A DNA stretch of 64,000 nt from Dimorphilus gyrociliatus (Eukaryota; Animalia; Annelida). Within the stretch, counting starts at the first letter, position 1. Each line of letters starts with the position of its first letter. The notes beneath the pieces were generated by a model, which saw only the letters and a program-made list of their open reading frames with translations, searched no databases and was not told where the DNA came from. This document shows, piece after piece, positions 48,978 through 61,562 of this stretch. The translations under genes were made by a program, and so were the position numbers. The stretch is from NCBI GenBank assembly GCA_904063045.1, contig CAJFCJ010000002.1:1448422-1512421 (forward strand), written 5' to 3'.

Positions 48978-51533
48978 TTATTTTTTATCGCAATCAATGT
49001 TGTCCTTTTCTTTATCGTCTGTTTCCATCTTACTATCAGAATTTTCCCATCTTTGATTCCCACCATCTCTCAAGTGACGTTTGTAATGATAAACTGTATT
49101 GCAGGAAACGTTACTGTTATAGCCGCAATTTTTCCATGGGCAATGGTATTTACCATCAAATGGTTTCTTTGAATGTCTTGCATTCTTGTGAATTAAAACA
49201 TGAACATCCGATCGAAGTTCTATTCCGCAATCCTTGCAAATAGCTTCCTTCGGCATTATCGTTCTATGCTTGTGTCTCTTGGTTACAATCTTTTCTCCTC
49301 TTTCGTGTTTCTCTTCGTGAATTTTTAACATTCTTGGTGACCAAAAGCACGTACCGCATCGACTACACATATGAGGTTTCTCTTTCAGATGTATCCGCTT
49401 TATATGCTTTCTCAAACCAGACTTTTCAATACCAATGTAAGGGCAACCCTCTTCGGGGCATTTAACTTTTTTGAATTTATGACGTATCTGATGTTTTCTC
49501 AAACAAACTATAGTTTTTGATATATGGGCACAGTATTCGCAAAGATATGGACCACTATACAAAGTCTCTTCGTTAGCCGTATGCTTAGCTTGTATATGAT
49601 CAGCAAGATCTTGTGGCTCTTTGAACAATATAAAACAAGTGGAACAACGGAGAAGCTCCAATGGATATTCGTTAAGTTTATCGACACTTGTTAAACCATC
49701 GTCGGATAAATTCGTTACTAATCTAATAGCATAAAGGCGTATTAATCAAATGTTGTTAAAGAGTTATTATCTAAATCCTTTCTCTTAAATAACTTACCCT
49801 TTATCAAAGTTAATTTTATTCCTTATATTATAATTATCTAGCAATTTCTCTTTCATTCTGTAAGAAGAAAGGATTAAGCATAATTATTAATAATGAAATC
49901 TTGATAAATTAATAAGAGATTATCCTTACGAGTCTTTTATATTCTTATATTCCGGTTGATTTATCTCGCTATTTATCAATTTCGTATATGCTTCATACCT
50001 ATACCAAAAGGATACGGTTTATAATTACGTTTTATAATAGATATAAATGAATATATGCATTGTTATTTTATGTCTTTTACATGTTTAAGAGAAATTCGGC
50101 AAATTCTTCGCTACTCTCCGTCTTAATTGAACCGTTAAAATGGTTTTTTAATGTTATCCACCTCTCGTATACTTTGTCAATATTAATCGATTTATAAAGT
50201 GAGTTATTAACTGTTATAGTCAATGGAACAAGACTGGTATCGTTTGCTTTAATTTGACTTCTTTCTTCCAATGATTTATTATGTTTCCTTTTGCATTTTA
50301 CTCGGCAACTTGTAGTTTTATTTAGCGATTGGCGTTCAAGAATCAATTTTGAGCTATTGCTCAAGTTCTTACAATGATTAAAGTTGGAAAGCGTAGATGG
50401 ATTTTCCATTATAGGTAAATTTAGACACGGTACGCTGCCAGTTTTTAAAGCAAATCTCTGCCTTCTTCCTTTTATCAAAACTTGATCAGAAATTGTAAAA
50501 TGTTCGCTGCAAATCATTAACGATGAAGATAGACGGTAGTAAGAAATATTTGGCCTAATTTTATTGAACCATAGCCGTTGTAAATGTTCCTTTTCTGGAA
50601 AGTAATAGAATCTCAAATTCGGTTTGGAATCATTGGTATTCGGACAATGCGGTACTTCGCAAAGTTTGGGGAAATTTCCCATAGCCTCAAATGTTATTAT
50701 ATTCTTCACCACTTCATCTAAAAAGAAAATAGAGGAAATATACAATTTCTTATACAATTCGAACAAACTTTATCAAATATTAAAGTTTCTAACCTATTTC
50801 CGCTTTTAATCCTTCATTATAGAGACTATTTTTAGACTTCCAATCATTCTTTCTATCTGAAAGTTTGAAATACTATCTCAATAAGAAAGAAAATATATAT
50901 TTGAAAATAAGACTTTGACTGTTTGTCATTTCTCTAAACTCTTGATGGATTATATTTAAACTATTTGGAAGTTTTATTGAAGATAAGGGTAAGAAATTAG
51001 AAGAATTAGGATCATTATCCATTCTCCCTAATTATTTAATATACTTTCATGTACGCAATTCTTACAAAATACAATACAACGAGATTTTGACGTTGATAAT
51101 TCATCTGAAATACAGTACTTTATACAGTTCTTTTCTTTTTAAAACCTTAAAAACATCGTTCATCTTTATCTAAGTTTTACGATGGGTGGAACCAACTCCT
51201 TATTGAGTTATTATCATTTTTACACGTGATAAATCACATGACTATTTTTGAAACTAATCCCTCTCAATCCAATTTATTAGAATTAAGATAATATATAGAA
51301 ACCTGGTAATTCCTGTTGATTAACCAAATGATCAAATTCTATGAAAATATTGGACCTATCTTCTTTTACATCATTATTCGTCATTGAAACTGTTCTATTT
51401 ATACAATCTTTCTCAAAGTCATTTAATTGAAAGAAAATACTTGGTACAAAATCAGGCGAATTAGGGTCATCACTCTTTTTACCTAAAATTATTAAATATA
51501 ATAACGTTAATAAAAGAAGTATAGATATCAACG

Positions 51534-51565
<32 letters not shown>

Positions 51566-51795
51566 AACAACTACAACAAAAACAAATAACAATAACAAAA
51601 TGTAATAATAATGAAACCTGTTATAAAATGTTTACTACATAATCTAGATTCATTATGAGGCATCCAATAACTCCTATTTAAAGCCAATAACCATTTTCGA
51701 CGTCTTTCTTTATTTCTTGGAAAACGATAAAATGATATACCAGCATTTTTCTTAAATTGACTTTTACAGCCTATAGCACAACAATAAGCTGGCAT
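48978..51795 (-). CDS. Protein with two THAP domains and six C2H2 zinc fingers
   Basis: THAP1 MPAYCCAIGC..FYRFP..KW..LCSKHF..GKKSDDPNSPDFVPSIF; THAP2 LCEVPHC..FYYFP..LW..ICSEHF..SVPCL; six C2H2 fingers in 48978-49661. About nine exons can be joined in phase with GT-AG introns; two junctions near 50890 and 51080 are ambiguous. Confidence 0.8.
51529..51600 (+). repeat. (CAA)n microsatellite in intron 1 of the THAP gene
   Basis: Direct read caacgacaacaacaacaac...; it creates the spurious poly-Leu start of ORF 51283-51570. Confidence 0.85.
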
Positions 51796-52804
51796 TGGTG
51801 TTGTCCTAAAATATTCTCTTCTATGATGAAAATTACTAACAAACACAGTGATTAATATTGCAAGAAAAGTCAATTACAACTATAGAATAATATTTTCAAT
51901 AAGACAATCGTGAAAACCTTTTTACACAATCCTTAGCACAGGTAGATAAGCGAGTAATTGCATTTTTTTTTCAGCCTAATGGACATTGTCACATGATTTG
52001 AGTATATAAAGCACCTGTAAGGATGTCACGAAAACACTTAGTTTAAGCATTTTCTTTCCTAAATCATTAGCAGTCTTGCCCCTGTGTCTCTATGTCTTCG
52101 CCTTCTTATCAATGTCCTAGTATTAATCTTTGCACAGGTTACATTATACATACAATATATACATTATATATATATATATATATATATGTTTATTTACATG
52201 CTATCTATTTCTTACAATGCTATCTGTTTACTAATCAAGAAAATTATTGCGTAATTTCTTTTTATGTCAACTTTTTGTAAAAATATAATTTGAAAATATA
52301 GAAAAAAAAGTAAATTGATTTAAAGGATTATTTATAATCCAACTCCTAATAGTAATCCTGTCCTTTATTTCCCTTTTATTCAGCTTTTTTAATATCAGAG
52401 AAGCTTTGACCTCCATATGATATTTTAGATAAAAGTAAAGAAGAAAACATGTTATTAAGAGCTTAGCAAATTTATTATATTCAAGACGAAAGGGAAAGTT
52501 TTTGTAATGATTTGCTTAGTTTCGTGTTTCTTTTTTTTTTAAAAAAAAACATGAATTTTTTCGTTTATAATGGTCTTGTATATGTTGCTTTTTTTATCGA
52601 AACAATATCTATAAATTTAAGTTTTTATTTCCAATATTCCTTCAATATTATTCTCTATTTCTACTAAATTATTATTACTATCAGTCGCTTTTATAGAATA
52701 TACATGGTTTTTTTTAAAAAGACATGTATTAGTTTAAGTTTTTATTCATTTTTATTTTGAGAACCAACAAAGAAACACATTTTATCGAACCAACCACGAA
52801 TATG

Positions 52805-52892
52805 ACCGGTTACATTCACCGGTTACATGCTCTTTATAACAAGGTTCAACTGTCGACGTCACTGATTGGTCAAATTATTTTTAAAATGGCGG
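52805..52892. promoter_or_regulatory. CENP-C proximal promoter elements
   Basis: Direct repeat ACCGGTTACAT at 52805-52815 and 52818-52828, reverse CCAAT (GATTGG) 52864-52869 and YY1-like AAAATGGCGG 52883-52892, about 60-150 bp before the ATG. Confidence 0.4.
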
Positions 52893-52952
52893 TGTTTCAA
52901 TTTGTGTGACTGTTTTTATGGAGTTTTATTCGTAATTTAGCCATAGAGTGAA

Positions 52953-55900
52953 ATGTCGTAAGTAAACAAAAATTTCATACAAATTAATATTACAACTTTT
53001 GATAAACAGGCAAGAAAACCTCGATTGGAGAACTTCAGGTTTACCTAAAAACTGTCTTATCGTTAAACCGAATGGAGAGGCAAATTTTAGTCAATTCATA
53101 AATGAAAGCGGTTTGTCAACACATCATTTTCAATCTATTATATTCATTTAGCTAACACTTATTAAAACAGAGTATAATGTTTCCGCGATCTCTTTCAATC
53201 AAACGGAGGATCTGTCCCGTTCCACCAAAAGAAATTTGGTAAATCATAAAACTTACTTAATTAAGACGCTTTTTATTTAGTTTTTGTATTTTATAGCGTT
53301 CAGAGCAACGAAGGAGAATATCATCTATTAAATTTGGTACCTCAACAATCGATAATACTATTAGTCCAGTAGTGGAATTTAGTGAAAGTCGCACTTTTTT
53401 AAAACAAGTAAGTCATTTCGAATATAATTTTGATAACTAAAGCAGAATAATCACTTAGGCTTCTACTTCATATGATAAGAAACTATGTAGCCCTCTTTGT
53501 CAACCTATTGTTAAAGTGGCACGTATGTCAGAGGTATGTTCAAACATTTGTTACATGATAGGTGCGATCTTGCTAAATTACGTAATAAAAACAAAAAACA
53601 GGCTAAAATTAGAAGAATGACGCAGTCACCCCATCCAGCTATTTCACCTAAAAATGAAGATGATCTTAATAATTCGATGCTTAACGATACAGTTCCAAAA
53701 ATTAATTTTTGTGTTCAAACATCTTACGAAGATAAAAATGGAGGCTCCCCTCACAACAACAGTAAAACATTCCACAACGAGAGAGTAGAGAGTCCACTCC
53801 CTAATACTCCAAAATTAGTTTTGTTTAATAAAAAATCATCTCAAACTTGCAAAAATGAGCTTACAAGTAAACTTGATAGCCAAAAGGATAACCAGACTAA
53901 TAAAGAGAATCATTCTTTCAAGCGAGAAGAAACGAATGTTGACATTGCAAATGATTCAACATCCCACGAAGATACATGTCCTTCCCGGCTAAAAGACTTA
54001 ACGGAAAGGGACTTTTCTTCAATTGACGGCACACCAAGTAATTTCTCTATTGGGGAAAAATCAGGAACATCAGACAAGCCCACCAAAAAGGAAGCCGTCA
54101 CTTGTAGACGCTGCAAGAAAATTATTCTTAGCAAAAAAGTTGAAAAAATCCAAACTGAAAAGAAAAGTGCTGCCTCAGTGAAAAAGAAACCATCACATAC
54201 TAATCTTGAAGAAGATGGAAGTCAAGAGTCGACTATTGATATGCAAACCGATAACTTATTTTCTGAAAAACAACCCGTTCGAAAACTTCAGTTAGTCAAT
54301 GAAGATGATAGTGTAATTCCTGAAACAAGGTCGAAGAAAAGGGTTTCATCCGAGAAAAAGATAAAACGAGTTTATCGTAAGAAAAAACGATCTGGATCTA
54401 AATCTTCAAATGCTGATTTGACGCTTGAAATTAATTCAATTCTTGAAGAATCACTCATTGTTCCAAGAAATCATAGTCTCATGAGCAATTTTCATGATGA
54501 AGATATACATCCTACTGCTAAGGATGTTGATTCCGGTGACAAAAGGGTAGCAAGGGAAAACCAAGACGAACAAATCAATGACGGACCATCCTTAAATAAA
54601 GAACCGTTCGATGATGAAACAAAATACAAAACGGAAAAAACATCTAGAAGAATTAGAGAAAAGACAATAAATGACGAATTAGATGTCCATAGCGAAAAAG
54701 CTTCCAAAAAAGAACGTTTGCTGAATGAAAAGACAGCGGGAAATAGAAAAGAGTCGAAAGGCGAAGAAGAACTTATAAACAGGGAAGCTTGTTCGAATGA
54801 TTGGGCAGACGAAAGACATTCACCTGAAAATGAAGAAGTTCCGGCAAATAATGACGAGGAAACATCTGTTGTTGGAGATAGAGAAAGTTTGTTAAATGAA
54901 GTAGAAAATTCGAAATTAATAAATACAAGTGTCGGTAGTAGTGAGAAATTAAAGAATGATACAGAAGACAATGGATCAGTGAATAAAGAGGAGGAGGAAG
55001 TAATAGCGAATGAAGAAGTTGAAGTATCGGCAAATGAAGAAAAAGGTGAAAAATCAATAACAGAGGATGAAGAAAGATCTGAAGTTAAGGAGGATAATAT
55101 GGCAGAAGTCGAGGAAAATAGTACTTTTGTAGATAATTCTAAATTGAGGAACGAAGCTCATTCTGGGAAGGAGTTTGAAAGCAGGGAAAATACAATTTTC
55201 AAAGAAACTGATGCCGATGGAGAAGTATTGAAAAATCAAGAACACGAACTGTTAGAAACAATATCTGACACGCAAAATTCAAACGAATCCTTGAAATTAT
55301 CTAAAACGCCTGAAAAAGATGAGTGTTTAGATAACTCTTCAAATCTAACTATGGTCATCACAAGGCGTCAGCGTCACATGCAAAATGAAAGTAAAGAAAA
55401 ACTCCATGAGATTCCAAGTTCAACAGGAAAAAAGAATAAAAAAGGTAAAAAGTCGAAAACAATTTCTCAAGGAGCCTCTGTATCGAAACCAAAGAAAGCT
55501 GTTCGTATACCAGAACAAATTGAAGAAGAAAATGATGATAATAAAAGTGTCGATTACGAAAATAGTCAGGTGACCAAATCAACGCCAGCGAGATCAATTC
55601 AAAATTTAAAAAAATTTAAACCTACTGAAGGAAAGGTAGATATTATCGAAGCTAAGCAATCGTCATTAATTGGGGGTGATTCTGAATTGGATAATAATTC
55701 TAACAACGAGGCCGTTCCGGAAGCTGATATGACTCTTACTGAAGAGAATACAATAACAGATAATAATGTAACGTCAAGGCAATCAGAGTCTGTTCATCCT
55801 ATTTTAGATATTCGGAAATCTCTAAGGAGTAGCAGTAAGAAAAATTCTTTTGCGGTACCTGAGCAGCCTCCTATCAGAAGTGTAAGGAAAAGTAAAAGAA

Positions 55901-57817
55901 CTAATTCTCACGCAAATGATGAACAGACTATGACTTCTATAACTAGTAGCTCTAAACTCTCCGACTTGTCTAAAATGTCAACAAAGCCAGCAAAGAAGGC
56001 GAAAAGTAAAAGTACACAAAAAAAGATAAACTCATTGTCAAAAAAATCCAAGGGAAACTATCGATCTAAATTATCATCAATATCAAATTTTGATGACTCG
56101 GATGAGCTTTCAAGTACGAAACGCTCCTGTAGTCGACGTATTTCAAAGAATGTTTCTACTCTCCTGGTTGATTCTCCTGATAGAAGAGACGATACATTTA
56201 CTAGAATCTCTAGATCTACCCGATTTAGTCACTTATCAAGTGTTAATTCAACCCGAAAATCTTTCTCCACTATGTTGGATGATGATACTATAAAAAATAG
56301 AGAAAGTTCTCAGTTTTCAACAAAATGGAGAGTTAGCAAAGTTGATGCAATTCGACAATCAATTCCCGATGAAGGAAAGAAAAACTCTACTTTAAATAGT
56401 ACTCAAAAGAGTTCAAAGTTAATAGTAATCGAACCTACGCCAGATAATACTAAAGAAAGTATTTCGTCTACGGATATTGATAATACAACAAACCCAAGAA
56501 TTTCCTTTTCAACACAGAGCTTATACGTATGTAAATTGCGTTAGTAGCATTTTTCTTATTATATTATACACTTTTAATAGAATATACGTGAGGAAGAAAG
56601 CAACAATGAGGTCACCTCTTCGTCAACTGTTTTGGAAGCTGAAACGATTATTCAACCGAATACAGCAAATAGAACAAACGTTTCATTTACACCAGTAAAT
56701 TTTTTGTCATCAACACCAATGGTGAATGAAAATGAAATTCCATTGGAAACTCCACCGTCTAGAAAAAAACCAGAAGAGAAAACAAACTCGGCCGATCTAA
56801 CAAATTATAAATTCCAAAAAAAGAAACGACGTGAAACAATATTTGTGCCAAAAATAACCGATTCGTCGAAAGGTTTAAGACGATCAAAGAGGAAACGTGT
56901 TAGACCTCTTTTACACGAATGCGGTGAACGTATTAAATATACTTACAATCCAACAGGTCAATAGATATTTATATATATAAATCAAACAGAAATCTCTAAA
57001 TAGCTTCTTCATTTTGTCACCCTATTTTAGCTGGTTCTTATGAAATTGATCAAGTTATCAAGCCAAACAAAGATAAAAAGAAGGGTTTAAGAAATTCAAT
57101 GGCAAGTAATAAAAGAAGGATTGTTGCATTGGAAAAATTGGAAAAAAAGAGAGATGTAGAAAATACAAAAATACGTTTTGCTAATAAAACATTACCAGCC
57201 CAATTAGTAACAAGAGACAGTTTACCTGGTAATAACTCTTTTGAAGTATCGATAAGAGGTGAACGAAAAGTCAAACGTATGTACTTTTTTTTATATATAT
57301 ATATTATACCGTCTAAATAATAATTTTTCTTTTCTATTATAAAGATTTAATCGAAAGATTTAATAGACATGTCGATTTTGACGATGGTCCAATGATTGTT
57401 AAACCAACAAAGTCATCTGCCATAAATTATATACATATTAGAGGCGGTGCTACTCATTTATTACCCGCAAGCAAAACTGAAACTACAGTAATAATTTTTC
57501 TATATTAATACTTTTTTTTTATTCAACAATTGCCAGTTTTTTAATGTTTATTAATTTTTCTTTAGTTAATACTACTGTATGGAAAAATACAGTTCTTTCT
57601 CGAAGATAACGAAGGTTACTTAGACGCCGGAGATTCTTTAGAAATTCCTTATGGTTTGATTTTTTTTTCTTACGTTTATCAATTTATTTAAAGAAGTTAT
57701 ATATAAAAGAAAAGACGTTAAGATAAAAGATAATATATGTTTTATTTTTCAGATGTAAATGTTACAATAGAAAATCTTCGTCGTGATCCGGCAACATTTC
57801 TCATTCACGAAATTTAA
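52953..57817 (+). CDS. CENPC: Centromere protein C
   Basis: N-terminal MSQENLDWRTSGLPKNCLIVKPNGEANFSQFINES (resembles the Mif2/CENP-C Mis12-binding segment), a long low-complexity acidic then basic region, the CENP-C motif GLRRSKRKRVRPLLHECGERIKY and a C-terminal cupin (LYGKIQFFLEDNEGYLDAGDSLEIPYDVNVTIENLRRDPATFLIHEI). About 10 exons. Confidence 0.86.
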
Positions 57818-57848
<31 letters not shown>

Positions 57849-57982
57849 GAACAAAAAAAAGACAAAATATAACAATTGAACTTTCAAACATATACGCTTT
57901 CATATCTTTTCTTTTTCAATAATATAAATTATTAAGGCATTACTTCATAAAAAATTACCTGTTTTTAGAAAGAGTATAATTT

Positions 57983-58651
57983 TTAATGATGTCTATGATT
58001 TGATGAAAAAGTTGCTGGACTACTAATTCTTCGAAGTGGTTCAGCAGCAAGAGGTGATAGCATTGTCTTTGTTGTTTTTGGTCTTGTTACTTTGTCACCG
58101 AGACCCCAACTGTTTCGCCTCGCTTTCAAATCGCTCGCCGGTAATTGAAGAAGGCTTCCTGGATATTTTCTTGTTACTCTTGGTGACAAGTTTCCTTGCA
58201 TCAAGTTTCTTGAATAGAGTAATGATGGAGGTGAACTTTTTTTTAAAACCTTTTTCTTTACTCTTGGTGAAGATTCTGTCGAAGCGCTTTTCTCTTCTTT
58301 CGGTGGAAGGAACTCCCTTAAAACAGTTTCGAATTCTATAGACCCTCGTATTCTTGGTGATTGCGGATCTTCGAACAAGTTTGGCATTGAAGATGTTCTA
58401 TCATCAATACTGACATGTTTAAGACTCGAGACGATATCGGGAGTTTGAAGTGAACTAGAAGATCTTCGAAAATTTTTATCAAATTGAGAAGTAGATAAAG
58501 AGTATTTTCCACTATTTTTTTGAGGATGTATTGCTGTCATACTTCTTTTCAATCCCATAGGAATCGAGTCCAAATGATGAATTCTTATAATTGGATGTTC
58601 ACTAGAACGTCTCCTGTTGTTAACTGTTTCAATTTTATCTAATTTCTGCAT
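57983..58651 (-). CDS. Orphan basic Ser-rich, probably disordered protein
   Basis: Uninterrupted 222-aa ORF in 30% GC DNA with many RRxS and SP motifs; no recognised domain. Confidence 0.62.
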   Translation of the reverse strand: MQKLDKIETVNNRRRSSEHPIIRIHHLDSIPMGLKRSMTAIHPQKNSGKYSLSTSQFDKNFRRSSSSLQTPDIVSSLKHVSIDDRTSSMPNLFEDPQSPRIRGSIEFETVLREFLPPKEEKSASTESSPRVKKKVLKKSSPPSLLYSRNLMQGNLSPRVTRKYPGSLLQLPASDLKARRNSWGLGDKVTRPKTTKTMLSPLAAEPLRRISSPATFSSNHRHH

Positions 58652-59580
58652 TATGTCTTAACTGATAATTAATTATTGCGTTGGCGAAATTATCAGTTAA
58701 AAACTTGTTGATCCAAAGTTTTTTTCAAATGGGCGGGTCAGGACGAGCTACTAGCGTTAAATGGACTTTTATAACTTGCACTATTTGTATTAGATAAATA
58801 GGGTTTATTCATATATAGCTATTAATCGCGCCCCCAGATATTTAGGTAGCTTATACCAAAAAGTTCTAGGATACTAGATGGCGTAAAAGTAGTCAACGTT
58901 AATCTTATCACTTGTCTACTGTATATCGTATAAATGAACACATTGATTACGAAACACACAACTGTACGATATATATATATATATAATATATATATATAGC
59001 GCCTCGTGTCATTGGTGATTTGTTATTCCACACTTAAAATGTCATACAAAATACATTATCATCAATTTTTAAGTTAGAAAGATAAAGGGAAAGTTATTCC
59101 CTACTCTAAAGAAGTATCAGTCATTCCATATCTCTTCCCCTAGCCGACAAACTTGTTAAGTACACACAAAAGAAAACAGAGGAATAAAAGAAAGATTTTT
59201 ATCTATCACAGTTTTTCCTTTCATTTATTATCTTCTCTTTTCCTCTTCTTCGTTAATACTTACAAAATAATCTATAAAACCAAGAAAATATTAAGGCACA
59301 GCACAACGTAAAATACATGAAAAGAGAAAACGTTATCATGACAAAATTATCCTAAGAAATAGCAGTAGTTGTAGAAAAAGTAAGGAGGTAGGTTATTTCT
59401 TTACATAACAGTTTTATCCTAAAAGCAGACGGTTGACGTGACAACTTTAAAGATAAAAAAACTCATTGAATTATCCTTCAAATAATAAAAAAAAAACATA
59501 AAATAAAAAACGCCAACAACGGCAAATCACCAAGATAAACGCCTTCGTACGCAGTACGTTATGCTTAAAACGAACATAAA

Positions 59581-59618
<38 letters not shown>

Positions 59619-59666
59619 AAATATATACTATATAGTAATGGTAATAAACTACTTAAAAATTGCGTT

Positions 59667-60113
59667 CTAGTTTAATCTGTTCTTTGGCTTATTGAGCGTT
59701 TCATTCCAATGAACGTGTCTCTCTCCTTCTATGCTAGACGTTCTCTTCTTCATTAAATTTGATTTCATTGCCGTGTGATTGTTCATGCAATCGTCTAATT
59801 TGATTTGTTCCATTTCGATTTCCTGAAGAACCTGTTACAAATTATTAATATCCAAGTTTCCATGCATAAAGTTAATTACCTGTTGGAATGCGGGAGAACC
59901 CGATGGAAGCTGAATAGCGTCGGTGCTAGAAGATCGAGACTTTTCGGGATCGAGCAGCGAAGATCGCCTTTTTCTTGCCATAGTCGGAGAAAAAGTATTT
60001 GCTCTAGGCCTTATAAACTCTTCGTCGTTGTCAAATTGAACACTATTGTAACTAGACCTAGTTCCTTGATTTTTTAATACTTCTGGTCTCTTTGTTTGCT
60101 GCTTATTCGGCAT
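59667..60113 (-). CDS. Orphan about 132-aa protein with basophilic kinase motifs and an RVxF-type motif
   Basis: Exon 60113-59880 (MPNKQQ..RPRANTFSP..RKRRSSLL..AFQQ), 48-nt intron 59879-59832 and exon 59831-59667 (VLQEIEME..KKRTSSIEGERHVHWNETL..*). The start codon is uncertain. Confidence 0.58.
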
Positions 60114-61562
60114 ATCAAAGTAAGCCTTATCTAACCTTTTCAATCAAAGAAAGAGAAAACACTGTAGCATACGATTATCGCCATCACCAACGACGATTGG
60201 TCAATAAAAATGGTGACGTCACTTTTGTAAACATTTTTAGGCGTATAAACAGAAAATGTATACAAAGTAGGTATTGATATATTGAATCCCCCTTTATTGT
60301 CTAAGATCCGAAATAGTTTAATCAGAAAATTGTGTTAGATCGTCGTTAAGAAATACAGTCGGAAAGAGAGAGAGAGAGAGAGAGAGAGCAAATCCTAATC
60401 CTTGACAGTAATGATTTGAAATATCCGCAATCTACTCGTGTTACGCCTAACTTAAATAAACCAAAAAAAAAACTCTCCAAAATAATAACCCCTATATTTG
60501 ATAACGATATTTTTCAACTAAAAGGGAATTAACAATAAGGTTGGTCGGATTATATAGGCTAATAGCTATTCTTTAGCTATTTTCAACAAAGAAAGATAAT
60601 TGAACTTTGCTCATTTCACTTCAACTATTTCCGTTTTTTATATATATATATATCTATATAAAATTGTTTTTCTATTTTTTTTTAAAAATACTTTTAAACA
60701 AGTGCGATAATCTCTAGATTAGACAATTTCGAGTACATGCATTTCTAGATAAAGATCACAAATTACATATGTTATCGTAAGATATATTCTGTTTTTATCA
60801 ACAACAGATAATTTTTTTTTCTTTTTAAAAAAACAAAAAGTTAAAAATTTTTCATTTCTTAGAAAAAAGTAAATACACTTATCGAAAATTAGAAAGAAAG
60901 TATGCTTTACTCATACTTTACTTAAATAATTAGAAATTATTAATCAAATTTCGTTTTAAATAGGAAAATGTGAAGGAAATTCCTTGATAAATAATATATA
61001 TATATATATATACTGTATATACAGCGTACAGTATAACTGTATTGATATACTGCAAAAAAAAAAAAGAAAAGAAAAAAAGAGGCAGCTAATGTAGGTTTCC
61101 TTCCTTCTTATTAATTAAGCAATATATTTGATTGAACGAGAGTATTTTTGTGTTTTTTCTCCTCGAATAACAACACAAGTTCAACGTCGATTATTCATTG
61201 AGATTTATGGGAGAACTCACCCTTCTTAGTTGTTTATAAACTATGTAAATAAGCTGCAATGTAAACTTAATAATAGTCTGCTAAATAAGAGAGAGACAGA
61301 CAGATAAATACAGACAAATATGGATTTGATAACTATTCACTTTTTATAAAGATATTAATTTCACAATTATTACATTATTAAACTGATATTTTTTTAATAT
61401 TGTATCTTTCCTGTCTTTAGTCATCAAAGATTTCTAAAAAAAGAACAAAATACGGACAAAAGACATTTGGATAAGGATGAATTTTATTATTTTGGAGTAT
61501 TCGTTTCTTTATTCTTTCTAATTTATTTTTTTAAAATAAGTGTCAATTGTTTGATTCATCGT

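Noticed and set aside
48978-51795. THAP domains as evidence of an active P-element-like transposon
   Set aside because: No catalytic transposase region, TIRs or TSDs; the intron-rich structure fits a host gene.
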